Below are positions 32,280 to 38,612 of a stretch of DNA of 46,481 nt, in pieces. Source of the DNA: a virus; the IMG/VR virus record IMGVR_UViG_3300045454_000008, positions 1 through 46,481 of that record. One strand, 5' to 3'. Below the pieces are notes generated by a model. It did no database searches. It was not told where the DNA came from and worked only from the letters and a program-made list of their open reading frames with translations. Made by a program: the position numbers and the translations under genes. Each line of letters starts with the position of its first letter. Position 1 is the stretch's first letter.

Positions 32280-32488
32280 GCATCCTGACCGACATCCTTC
32301 CGGCGCAGTACCGGAAGGCGCTGTACGTCGCCTACGCCCTGGCGGGCCTGATCCTGGGCGCGTACCAGGTGGTGGCGGAGCCGGCCTGGCTGACCGACGC
32401 CCTGGCGGTGTACGCCTTCGTCGGGACGGCGCTGGGTCTGACTGCCGGGGCGAACGTGCAGCGAGGAAAGCACGTCGCTGACGAGTGA
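32276..32488 (+). CDS. Holin-like small membrane protein
   Basis: GTG 32276 (GTGA overlap). 70 aa with two hydrophobic helices. Last gene of the rightward late operon. Confidence 0.55.
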   Translation: MSILTDILPAQYRKALYVAYALAGLILGAYQVVAEPAWLTDALAVYAFVGTALGLTAGANVQRGKHVADE

Positions 32489-32492
32489 AGAA

Positions 32493-32537
32493 TGTCAGGA
32501 TACCGCGACAGCGCATGAATGTAACGGTATTCTGACA
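32493..32537. repeat. 13-bp inverted repeat TGTCAG(G/A)ATACCG ... CGGTATTCTGACA; candidate attP/Int-binding region
   Basis: Arms at 32493-32505 and 32525-32537 (12/13 complementary) with an 18-bp AT-richer spacer. Lies between the late operon and the integration cassette. Confidence 0.35.
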
Positions 32538-32542
32538 GCAAG

Positions 32543-32581
32543 AAAAGAGCGGGCATCCCTTCGGGGGTGCCCGCCTTTTCT
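32543..32581. terminator. Bidirectional intrinsic terminator between convergent operons
   Basis: AAAAGA-GCGGGCATCCC-TTCG-GGGGTGCCCGC-CTTTTCT. 11-bp stem (one G-U pair), a TTCG loop, and A- and T-tracts on either side. Confidence 0.8.
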
Positions 32582-32587
32582 GCGTTC

Positions 32588-32812
32588 TCAGCCGGTGATC
32601 GGCATGGTGTTGGTGCCCGCATTCAGGGCGCCGATGAGAAATAGTATCAACGCGAACACTATTCCCCACAGCAGTAACTGGCCCCATCCGACCCACCACG
32701 GCTCGGGCTTGACCCGCCCCTCCTTCACCGCCTGGGCGTACTGACGGCGGTGCTCCTCCCGGATCTCCTTGCGGCGCCTCTCGTACTGCCGCTGCTCGCT
32801 CCAGCTCGCCAT
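32588..32812 (-). CDS. Small membrane protein in the integration cassette
   Basis: 74 aa. Basic N-terminus, then WWVGWGQLLLWGIVFALILFLIGAL as a TM segment. TGATG-coupled to the upstream gene. Confidence 0.65.
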   Translation of the reverse strand: MASWSEQRQYERRRKEIREEHRRQYAQAVKEGRVKPEPWWVGWGQLLLWGIVFALILFLIGALNAGTNTMPITG

Positions 32813-33171
32813 CAGCCCTCAGCCCCTCTGCGCCGTCGAGACCCCCTCCCCGGACGATCACCCACGGACGACGTGTTGTCGTCTCCTAGGGCCGTTTCCG
32901 GGGCTGTGGTGGCCTGTTTCGGGCCACGGCTCGTAGTCTTGCGCCGTCGGGCCACCTCGTCAAGGGTGACGAGAGGCATCCGGGCGACAGGTGTGCGGGA
33001 GGGGCGGCGCTCCTCGGCGGCGTCCATCACCTTCTCCAGCGGCCGGCGGCACGAGGCGCACAGGTCCAACTGGCGCAAAGGGCTGCCACTGATGCCGATG
33101 CGAACCGGTGTTGTTTCTGTATCGCGCCCGCAACCGTCACACAACACGACGGTTATCCTCTGCTTCGCCAC
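32812..33171 (-). CDS. Lsr2 N-terminal-domain-like protein with a basic RG-rich tail
   Basis: GTG 33171 follows GGAGGG by 6 nt. VAKQRITVVLCDGCGRDTETTPVRIGISGSPLRQLDLCASCRRPLEKVM aligns by eye with the Lsr2 N-terminus (MAKKVTVTLVDDFDG...V.F.LDG..YEIDL). The C-terminus carries SRGPK and PGRGSRRRRG. Confidence 0.45.
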   Translation of the reverse strand: MAKQRITVVLCDGCGRDTETTPVRIGISGSPLRQLDLCASCRRPLEKVMDAAEERRPSRTPVARMPLVTLDEVARRRKTTSRGPKQATTAPETALGDDNTSSVGDRPGRGSRRRRGAEG

Positions 33172-34210
33172 GCATTCCCTCCAGGCTGACAACATTCTCA
33201 CGCGCCACGGGGAACATCGGCTTTCCCCTGAGAATGTCGTCCCGTCGCTTCTTGTCCAGATGGATGCCGAGATAGATTTCCGTCGTGGTGACGGAGGCGT
33301 GGTGCAACATCGACTGTACGGTACGCATCGCCCCGTCGTAACCGGTTTCAACCAGTTGGTCGAACAGGGCGCGTGCGCCGGAACGGCGCAGGGTGTGCAT
33401 CCCCTCGGACTCGGACTTGCCGTTGGACTGGCGCAAGTCGTAGCCCGCATTGGCGAGGACGCGCTGCACGGTGCGCTCCGCCTGACCCACCGGCCGGGTG
33501 GGGTTCAGTTGCGCGTTGCGCTTGGCAGCCTCGGCGTTCTGGGTGGGTGTCAGCCCCTTCGTGAACAGCGGCGGGGTCTTGGCCGGGACAAGGTAGTCGT
33601 CGGGCCGCAGGGGGCGGCCCGCGTTGAGCGAGTAGAACGCCAGCCACGACCTCAGCTCGGCGTCCAGCTCTGCGCTGATCGGCATTCGGTCCGTCTGCTT
33701 CGTCTTGATGACGGTGACGAACACCTCCCCCACGTCCAGGTTCACGTCACCCACGCGCAGGTGCCGCATCTCGGACTGGCGCAGGAACAGGAACAGGCCG
33801 AGGGCCACCATGATCCGGTCCCTCGGATGGCCGGCTGCCCCGAGGAGCCGGGGGAACTCCGCCGCCGGGACGCGCAGGCGCTCCCGCCTGGCGACCTTGA
33901 ACGGGCGGCGGTGCACCACCGGGGAGGACCCGGAGGGGACGTAGCGGCGCTGCTCTGCGTAGGCGAACAGGGCGCGCAGCCCTGCCCGCTCGCAGTTCAG
34001 CGACGACGGCGCCAGGCCCTTCGCCTGGCGTGTGGCGAAGAACCCGTCGATGTGGCGGGGGGTGACGTTGCGGGCCTGGATGTTGCCGACGTACGTCAGC
34101 AACTCACGTGAAGCCCGGATGTAGTTGGTGACGGTGGCCTTGGAGTAGGCGTTGGATCGCAGCGTTTCCTCGAACTCGTCCACGAGGTCGCTCAGGAGTG
34201 AGGTCTTCAT
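33137..34210 (-). CDS. int: Tyrosine integrase
   Basis: LFLRQSEMRHLR (catalytic Arg box), HTLRRSGA (HxxR), LHHASVTTTEIYL (H...Y). ATG 34210 follows GGGAG; a GTG at 34216 is an alternative start. Confidence 0.9.
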   Translation of the reverse strand: MKTSLLSDLVDEFEETLRSNAYSKATVTNYIRASRELLTYVGNIQARNVTPRHIDGFFATRQAKGLAPSSLNCERAGLRALFAYAEQRRYVPSGSSPVVHRRPFKVARRERLRVPAAEFPRLLGAAGHPRDRIMVALGLFLFLRQSEMRHLRVGDVNLDVGEVFVTVIKTKQTDRMPISAELDAELRSWLAFYSLNAGRPLRPDDYLVPAKTPPLFTKGLTPTQNAEAAKRNAQLNPTRPVGQAERTVQRVLANAGYDLRQSNGKSESEGMHTLRRSGARALFDQLVETGYDGAMRTVQSMLHHASVTTTEIYLGIHLDKKRRDDILRGKPMFPVARENVVSLEGMRGEAEDNRRVV

Positions 34211-34524
34211 CAGCACTCCCGGTAGTGGTCGAAGTCAGGGTCGTCGGCGTTGGCACACACGGGGCACCGGATGCCCTTGGTCCACTCGCGGTCAACCTCG
34301 CGGAAGACCGTGAGCAGGTGGGCGTGGCGGGGGTCGAGATGCCCCAGTTCATACATGGCGTCGATGGCGTCGTGCGCCACGCTGTCGGGGAGTGCGACCT
34401 CTGCGGGCAGGGGTCTTCCGCTCTCGTCTCGGGGAAAGCGCAGCGCCTCAGGGGTGTCTTGCAGCCACTGGACGTAGCGCCCGTAGATGTCGTCTGCCCG
34501 CTCCAGCGGGTGGCTATCTGTCAT
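34210..34524 (-). CDS. Hypothetical protein, first gene of the int operon, probably leaderless
   Basis: 104-aa ORF. The ATG lies 7 nt after a TACAGT -10 and no RBS is present. C-terminal CPVC...HYREC. Confidence 0.65.
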   Translation of the reverse strand: MTDSHPLERADDIYGRYVQWLQDTPEALRFPRDESGRPLPAEVALPDSVAHDAIDAMYELGHLDPRHAHLLTVFREVDREWTKGIRCPVCANADDPDFDHYREC

Positions 34525-34530
34525 GGCAAC

Positions 34531-34561
34531 ACTGTAGCAGGCGTGTGCCGCACTACGTCAA
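34531..34561 (-). promoter_or_regulatory. Leftward promoter candidate of the int operon
   Basis: Minus strand: TTGACG (34561-34556), N19, TACAGT (34536-34531), then GTTGCC, then ATG. The spacer is long at 19 bp. Confidence 0.4.
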
Positions 34562-34567
34562 CCACCG

Positions 34568-34587
34568 ATGTTGCGGCACGTCAACGC
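34568..34587. promoter_or_regulatory. 20-bp near-palindrome O3 (ATGTTGCGGCACGTCAACGC)
   Basis: Same TGTTGCG-N-GTCAAC architecture as O1 (4890-4909) and O2 (5874-5893). Lies in the divergent int/HTH region. Confidence 0.5.
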
Positions 34588-34694
34588 GTGTTGCCCGCAA
34601 CCAGGGAAAACATGACAACTGTCGTAGTGCCGTATGCTGACTGACCTGCAACGACATCGGGTACCACCGTGATCGGCAACACGGGTGTTTCTAC

Positions 34695-34723
34695 TTGCAA
34701 CTCGCACAAGAGTGTCATACGCT
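34695..34723 (+). promoter_or_regulatory. Rightward promoter candidate for the HTH gene
   Basis: TTGCAA (34695-34700), N17, TACGCT (34718-34723). Confidence 0.4.
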
Positions 34724-34768
34724 CATGCTTGCTACAGCACCACCCCGACCCGACTTAGGGCCAACACC

Positions 34769-35206
34769 ATGCCTGGAAAGATCCTGCCAGACAAGCAGCT
34801 CGAACAGTGGATGCGTGCCGGCAAGACGGACACGCAGATCGTGGCGCTCCTGAAGGAGAGGCACCACATCTCGGTCACACGCCAGGCGATCAGCGCCTGG
34901 CGGAAGCGGAGAGGACTCGCCATGCGGCCACAGCCGCCTAGCGCCATGCCGTGGAGGCTCCGCCCGGAGCACCGGCAGATGGAGCCGGCCCGGGTGATCC
35001 GCCAGAAGGCGCGCTTGGACCGTGGCGAGGAGATCCCCGACGAGGAGCGGCACCGGGTAGAACGTGCGGTCGCCTACCTGGACTCGGTGGGTGGCGTCTT
35101 CCACTACGACCCGAACACGTTCGAGGGCTGGTTCGTGGTGCCACGCCGTCCAGGCGTGGACACCGGGATCGTGAGGGTGCCTGACAGCGGGTCACCAGCG
35201 GCATGA
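34769..35206 (+). CDS. HTH DNA-binding protein (candidate immunity/lysogeny regulator)
   Basis: Trimmed to ATG 34769. 145 aa. GKTDTQIVALLKERHHISVTRQAISAWRKRRG is HTH-like. It is an isolated gene followed by terminators. Confidence 0.6.
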   Translation: MPGKILPDKQLEQWMRAGKTDTQIVALLKERHHISVTRQAISAWRKRRGLAMRPQPPSAMPWRLRPEHRQMEPARVIRQKARLDRGEEIPDEERHRVERAVAYLDSVGGVFHYDPNTFEGWFVVPRRPGVDTGIVRVPDSGSPAA

Positions 35207-35246
35207 GGTGCGCGATCACCACGTGTCGCACCCGCCGCTACACTGG

Positions 35247-35328
35247 AACTACATGATGATGATGTAGTTGATAGAGCGCCCCCATGGGGGCGCTCATGAA
35301 GAACAACATCATGTAGTTGTAACTACAT
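35247..35328 (+). other. Hairpin cluster with interchangeable arms
   Basis: AACTACAT (35247-35254 and 35321-35328) and ATGTAGTT (35262-35269 and 35311-35318) flank a perfect 22-nt GC palindrome GAGCGCCCCCATGGGGGCGCTC (35274-35295). Confidence 0.6.
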
Positions 35329-35335
35329 CAACAAG

Positions 35336-35375
35336 GGATGGGATACCTCTAGGGGTATCCCATCCTTCGTTGTCT
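35336..35375 (+). terminator. Intrinsic terminator after the HTH gene
   Basis: GGATGGGATACC-TCTAGG-GGTATCCCATCC is a 12-bp perfect stem, followed by TTCGTTGTCT. Confidence 0.7.
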
Positions 35376-35420
35376 AAAGATCATGACGCGCGCGGGCGCG
35401 CGAGATGTCCCAGTTCGTGG

Positions 35421-35452
35421 TGGCCCGTCACGGCCCGTCGTGGCCCCTGTCA
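35421..35452 (+). repeat. Three tandem 10-bp repeats (T/C)GGCCCGTC(A/G)
   Basis: tggcccgtca, cggcccgtcg, tggcccctgtca, head-to-tail. Followed by two GGGCCG copies and the CCGATCGG palindrome. Confidence 0.6.
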
Positions 35453-35539
35453 CCCGAACGGCTCACTGACCAGGGCCGATCGGTCTGGGCCGTGTCAGTG
35501 GTGTCGCCTAGCATCCCTGTTACCGGTCAGCAACTCGGG

Positions 35540-35584
35540 GCGCAACAACGGTGTTGCGCTCTTGTGCATGACCGTGTGTAGGAT
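35540..35584 (+). promoter_or_regulatory. Early-right promoter candidate with 20-bp perfect palindrome
   Basis: GCGCAACAACGGTGTTGCGC (35540-35559) overlaps TTGCGC. TAGGAT (35579-35584) is a good actinobacterial -10. The spacer is 19 bp. Another GTGTTGC lies at 35587. Confidence 0.45.
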
Positions 35585-35616
35585 CAGTGTTGCACCGATC
35601 GAGACAGGGGAATCCA

Positions 35617-35895
35617 GTGACTTCTCGCTCCACCGCCGTGACCGTCTTCGAGGTCCCGACCACCGACATCGCGGTGATCGTGTCCACCCTCGACGACGCG
35701 ACCACCCCGATGGACCTGCCGGCGCGTGAGCTGCCCGGCGTCGGCCTTGCCAGGCCGTACATGACCGCCCTGGACCTGGAGAAGCGCCGCCTGTTCGAGC
35801 GTGGCTACAGCGTCGTGGACACGACGATCGTGGCGGACCGTGACACCGTGGTCACCGTCCTGGTCCAGGGCACCGACGTGGAGGTGGACGAGTGA
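35617..35895 (+). CDS. Hypothetical protein, first gene of the early-right operon
   Basis: Trimmed to GTG 35617 (AGGGGAATCCA upstream). 92 aa. Confidence 0.6.
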   Translation: MTSRSTAVTVFEVPTTDIAVIVSTLDDATTPMDLPARELPGVGLARPYMTALDLEKRRLFERGYSVVDTTIVADRDTVVTVLVQGTDVEVDE

Positions 35896-36170
35896 GCGAC
35901 GCGCTGGTGGAGCGCCTGGCCCGGCTCCTCGCCCAGCACTCCGGGTGGGCAACGACCGGCCCGGACGTGAACGGGGTCATGGAGGTTGAGTGCTTCGACT
36001 GCGGCGTCGCCCTGGGTGACGACCACCTGCTGATCGACGCCTGGGAGGAGCGGACGGGCAACAGCCACGGCGAGTGGGCCAAGCGTGGCGCGGTCCCTGC
36101 GTTCGATGAGGCCCTGGCCCGGCACCAGGCACAGCAGATCCTGATTGAGCGCTTCTTCGAGGAGGCGTGA
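35892..36170 (+). CDS. Hypothetical protein
   Basis: 92-aa ORF with a GTGA-coupled start. Confidence 0.65.
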   Translation: MSDALVERLARLLAQHSGWATTGPDVNGVMEVECFDCGVALGDDHLLIDAWEERTGNSHGEWAKRGAVPAFDEALARHQAQQILIERFFEEA

Positions 36171-37042
36171 TGGACCGCCTCTCCCATTCCCAGCTGAACG
36201 GGGCCACGGGCTGCGGTGAGCGCTACCGCCTGGAGCGCCTCATCGAGGTCCCCCAGACGCCCTCGTGGGCGCTCATCGGCGGCTCCACGGTGCACGAGGT
36301 CACCGAGTCCATCGACCTGCGCGACCACGGTGTTGACGTTCCTGAACTGGACTTCAGGGATCACTTCGAGACGCTGACGGCGCAGCGCGAGGAGGAGTCC
36401 GGGATGGACCGCTCCGAGTTCCGCGCCTCCGGGCGCGCCTCCCGGGAGTGGCCCAACAAGGAGAACGCCGAGTGGTGGCTGGCGAACGGACCGGCGATGG
36501 TCCGGCGGTGGGTGGTGTTCACGCAGAACACCCCGTGGCTGCTGTGGCTGTCGCCCCCCGACGCCCGCCCCGGCATCGAGATCAACTTCGCCCTGGAGCT
36601 GGAGGGCCTGAACATCCTCGTCCGTGGCGGCATCGACCGCGTGGTGGTGGACCCCACCACCGGTCGCCTCATCGTCGTGGACATCAAGACGGGCGCCTCC
36701 AAGCAGTCGTCGCTGCGGCAGCTGGGCACGTACAAGGTGGCCCTGGAACAGCGCTTCGGTGTTGACGTTGCGGGCGGCACGTTCTGGGACGCCCGCTCCG
36801 GTGTGGCAGACCCGGTGCGGTCGCTGGACCAGTTCACGCTGGAGCGGCTGCGGTGGCAGTACGAGACGCTGGCGCAGGTGCGGCGGCAGGGCCTGTTCCT
36901 GCCGAACCCTGGCCCCATGTGCAACGCCTGCTCGGTCAGAAGCCACTGCTACGAACAGGATGGCGAACTCGCCCACACCGTTCCCAAGCCCTGGGAGATG
37001 AGCAGGACCGAGGGCGACCGAGTAGAGCTGGTGATGGAGTGA
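36170..37042 (+). CDS. PD-(D/E)XK nuclease, Cas4/RecB-family exonuclease
   Basis: ATG 36170 lies 5 nt after GAGGAGG (alternative GTG 36167). GGIDRVVVD...VVDIKTG...QLGTYKVAL and a C-terminal Cys cluster CNACSVRSHC. Confidence 0.75.
   Translation: MDRLSHSQLNGATGCGERYRLERLIEVPQTPSWALIGGSTVHEVTESIDLRDHGVDVPELDFRDHFETLTAQREEESGMDRSEFRASGRASREWPNKENAEWWLANGPAMVRRWVVFTQNTPWLLWLSPPDARPGIEINFALELEGLNILVRGGIDRVVVDPTTGRLIVVDIKTGASKQSSLRQLGTYKVALEQRFGVDVAGGTFWDARSGVADPVRSLDQFTLERLRWQYETLAQVRRQGLFLPNPGPMCNACSVRSHCYEQDGELAHTVPKPWEMSRTEGDRVELVME
36330..36342 (+). promoter_or_regulatory. 13-bp motif copy GTGTTGACGTTCC (encodes G-V-D-V-P)
   Basis: Mid-gene, with one deviation from the consensus at position 12. 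Confidence 0.5.
36759..36771 (+). promoter_or_regulatory. 13-bp motif copy GTGTTGACGTTGC (encodes G-V-D-V-A)
   Basis: Mid-gene, exact consensus. Confidence 0.55.
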
Positions 37043-37557
37043 GGGGCGAGCCGGCAGATGTGAGGTTCTGGGCAAAAGTGGACGCGACCGGCATCTGCTG
37101 GGAGTGGACGGCCTGCCGCGACTCAAAGGGCTACGGGCGGTTTCGGGACGGCACCCTGGTGGGTGCCCACCGCTGGTCGTGGGAGCACCTTGTCGGCCCA
37201 ATCCCGGAGGGGCTGGTCATCGACCATCTGTGCCGAAATCCCCCGTGCGTAAACCCGGACCATCTGGAGCCGGTAACCCACAGGGAGAACGTCATCCGGG
37301 GACTAGTTCCGCACGTCTCGGGTGAGTGGAAGCGGCGGATCACCCACTGCCCCCAGGGCCACCCGTACGACGAGGCGAACACCCGGCACAGCGCCGGGCA
37401 CCGCTTCTGCCGGGCCTGTGATCGACAGAAGCAGGCGGAGCGCAAGGCTCGCCGCAAGCGAGAGCAGGACGGGGACCTGGCGCACACGGTCCCGAAGCCG
37501 TGGGAGGCCCTGGCCGGCGGCGAGGTCCGCATCGAGCTGGAGATGGAGGACGCATGA
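37039..37557 (+). CDS. HNH homing-type endonuclease carrying a duplicated nuclease C-terminus
   Basis: GTG 37039 (GTGA overlap). FWAKVD...CWEWTA...AHRWSW...DHLCRNPPCVNPDHLEPVTHREN. The last 30 aa (EQDGDLAHTVPKPWE...) repeat the end of 36170-37042. Confidence 0.8.
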   Translation: MRGEPADVRFWAKVDATGICWEWTACRDSKGYGRFRDGTLVGAHRWSWEHLVGPIPEGLVIDHLCRNPPCVNPDHLEPVTHRENVIRGLVPHVSGEWKRRITHCPQGHPYDEANTRHSAGHRFCRACDRQKQAERKARRKREQDGDLAHTVPKPWEALAGGEVRIELEMEDA

Positions 37558-37655
37558 CCCTCATTGACCGCCTGGTGCGGGACCTGGCGAAGCACAAGGG
37601 CGTCACCGAGGAATGGGTCAGGAACTACTACGGCATCACCGAGGAGGACAAGTGA
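37554..37655 (+). CDS. 33-aa micro-ORF (MTLIDRLVRDLAKHKGVTEEWVRNYYGITEEDK)
   Basis: ATGA overlap at its start and GTGA overlap at its end. Below the track cutoff. Confidence 0.45.
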   Translation: MTLIDRLVRDLAKHKGVTEEWVRNYYGITEEDK

Positions 37656-37798
37656 GCGGCATCTTCGACACCCGCGACGGCGGCTGCGCCGCCCGCCTGA
37701 ACGTTCGTGGTGAGGACTTCAAGTGCGAACTCGCTTCGAGCCATCAGGGGTGGGCGCACCAGAGCCGATCGGCCGAGGCCATCTGGACGGGCAAGTGA
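37652..37798 (+). CDS. Hypothetical 48-aa protein
   Basis: Trimmed to GTG 37652 (GTGA overlap). Confidence 0.5.
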   Translation: MSGIFDTRDGGCAARLNVRGEDFKCELASSHQGWAHQSRSAEAIWTGK

Positions 37799-38049
37799 AC
37801 GGGCACCAGCGCACCGTGTACCGCCGTGGCGACAAGGTGCTGATCGAGGCCACCGTGAAGTCGTGGGACCCGTTCACCCCGTTCGGTGAGGTGCACGTCT
37901 TCATCCCACCCGCCACCGACCCCAGCCACATGCTCGACGGCGTGGACGTGTTGGTGCCGCAGGCGATCACCCACAACCTGACACGTCCCGCTGTTGACGT
38001 TTCCAACTACTACGCCGTTGAGGGCATCTACAACCTGGAGGACGAGTGA
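37795..38049 (+). CDS. Hypothetical protein
   Basis: Trimmed to GTG 37795 (GTGA overlap). 84 aa. Confidence 0.6.
   Translation: MNGHQRTVYRRGDKVLIEATVKSWDPFTPFGEVHVFIPPATDPSHMLDGVDVLVPQAITHNLTRPAVDVSNYYAVEGIYNLEDE
37991..38003 (+). promoter_or_regulatory. 13-bp motif copy CTGTTGACGTTTC (encodes A-V-D-V-S)
   Basis: Lies 42 nt upstream of the next start (38046). Confidence 0.55.
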
Positions 38050-38582
38050 CCGACGAGAACGCGGCCCTGACCGCAACCCTGAAGGCGGGCGGCGGCTACG
38101 ACGCCCCGTGGCTGGTTGTGCGAGCCGACACCCCCGAGCAGCTGACCACCCGCCTGGACGCCCTCGGGCAGGCCGCGATCCTGGCGAAGGTGGCCGAGGT
38201 GGCGGTGGAGCTGCACGGCGTCTACAACGCCGCGTCGGGCCTGGGTGCCCAGGCCGTGCAGGTGGAGGTGCCGCAGCACGTCCAGCCGGTCGCACAGGCG
38301 GGGCCTACCGCACCTGCGTACCAGGCACCTGCCGCCCCGGCGCAGGCTGCTCCTGGCGGGATGCGGACTGAGCAGGACCGCTACGGCGGCACCTACGAGT
38401 TGGGTCGCCCCGACGCCCCCACCACCCAGTACGGCCCCGCTGTGAAGCGCATCTGGACGGCGCAGTCGGGGAAGGTGATGAAGCGGTGGATCGACCCCCG
38501 CGACCCGAAGATCCCCAGCGTGTACCAGACCAACGGGAAGACCCCGCCCCCGGACCTGTGGGAAGGCTCCTGGGCGAACTGA
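38046..38582 (+). CDS. Hypothetical protein with an Ala/Pro/Gln-rich linker
   Basis: 178-aa ORF with a GTGA-coupled start. Its position before the ATPase suggests a DNA-metabolism role, but no motif was recognised. Confidence 0.65.
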   Translation: MTDENAALTATLKAGGGYDAPWLVVRADTPEQLTTRLDALGQAAILAKVAEVAVELHGVYNAASGLGAQAVQVEVPQHVQPVAQAGPTAPAYQAPAAPAQAAPGGMRTEQDRYGGTYELGRPDAPTTQYGPAVKRIWTAQSGKVMKRWIDPRDPKIPSVYQTNGKTPPPDLWEGSWAN

Positions 38583-38612
38583 CACTCGACACCAACAGGG
38601 AGGGGAGCGGGA

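Noticed and set aside
34210-34524. Integration-dependent immunity arrangement (attP inside the gene upstream of int, as in some mycobacteriophages).
   Set aside because: The 104-aa product shows no HTH, and no tRNA-like or repeat core is seen in its 3' end. The idea is kept only as a possibility to test when attP is mapped.
35268-35729. 153-aa ORF in the HTH / early-right intergenic region.
   Set aside because: It runs straight through four perfect hairpins, the tandem repeats and the promoter palindrome. Its start is AT-rich, it has no RBS and its sequence is Arg/Pro/Ser-rich.
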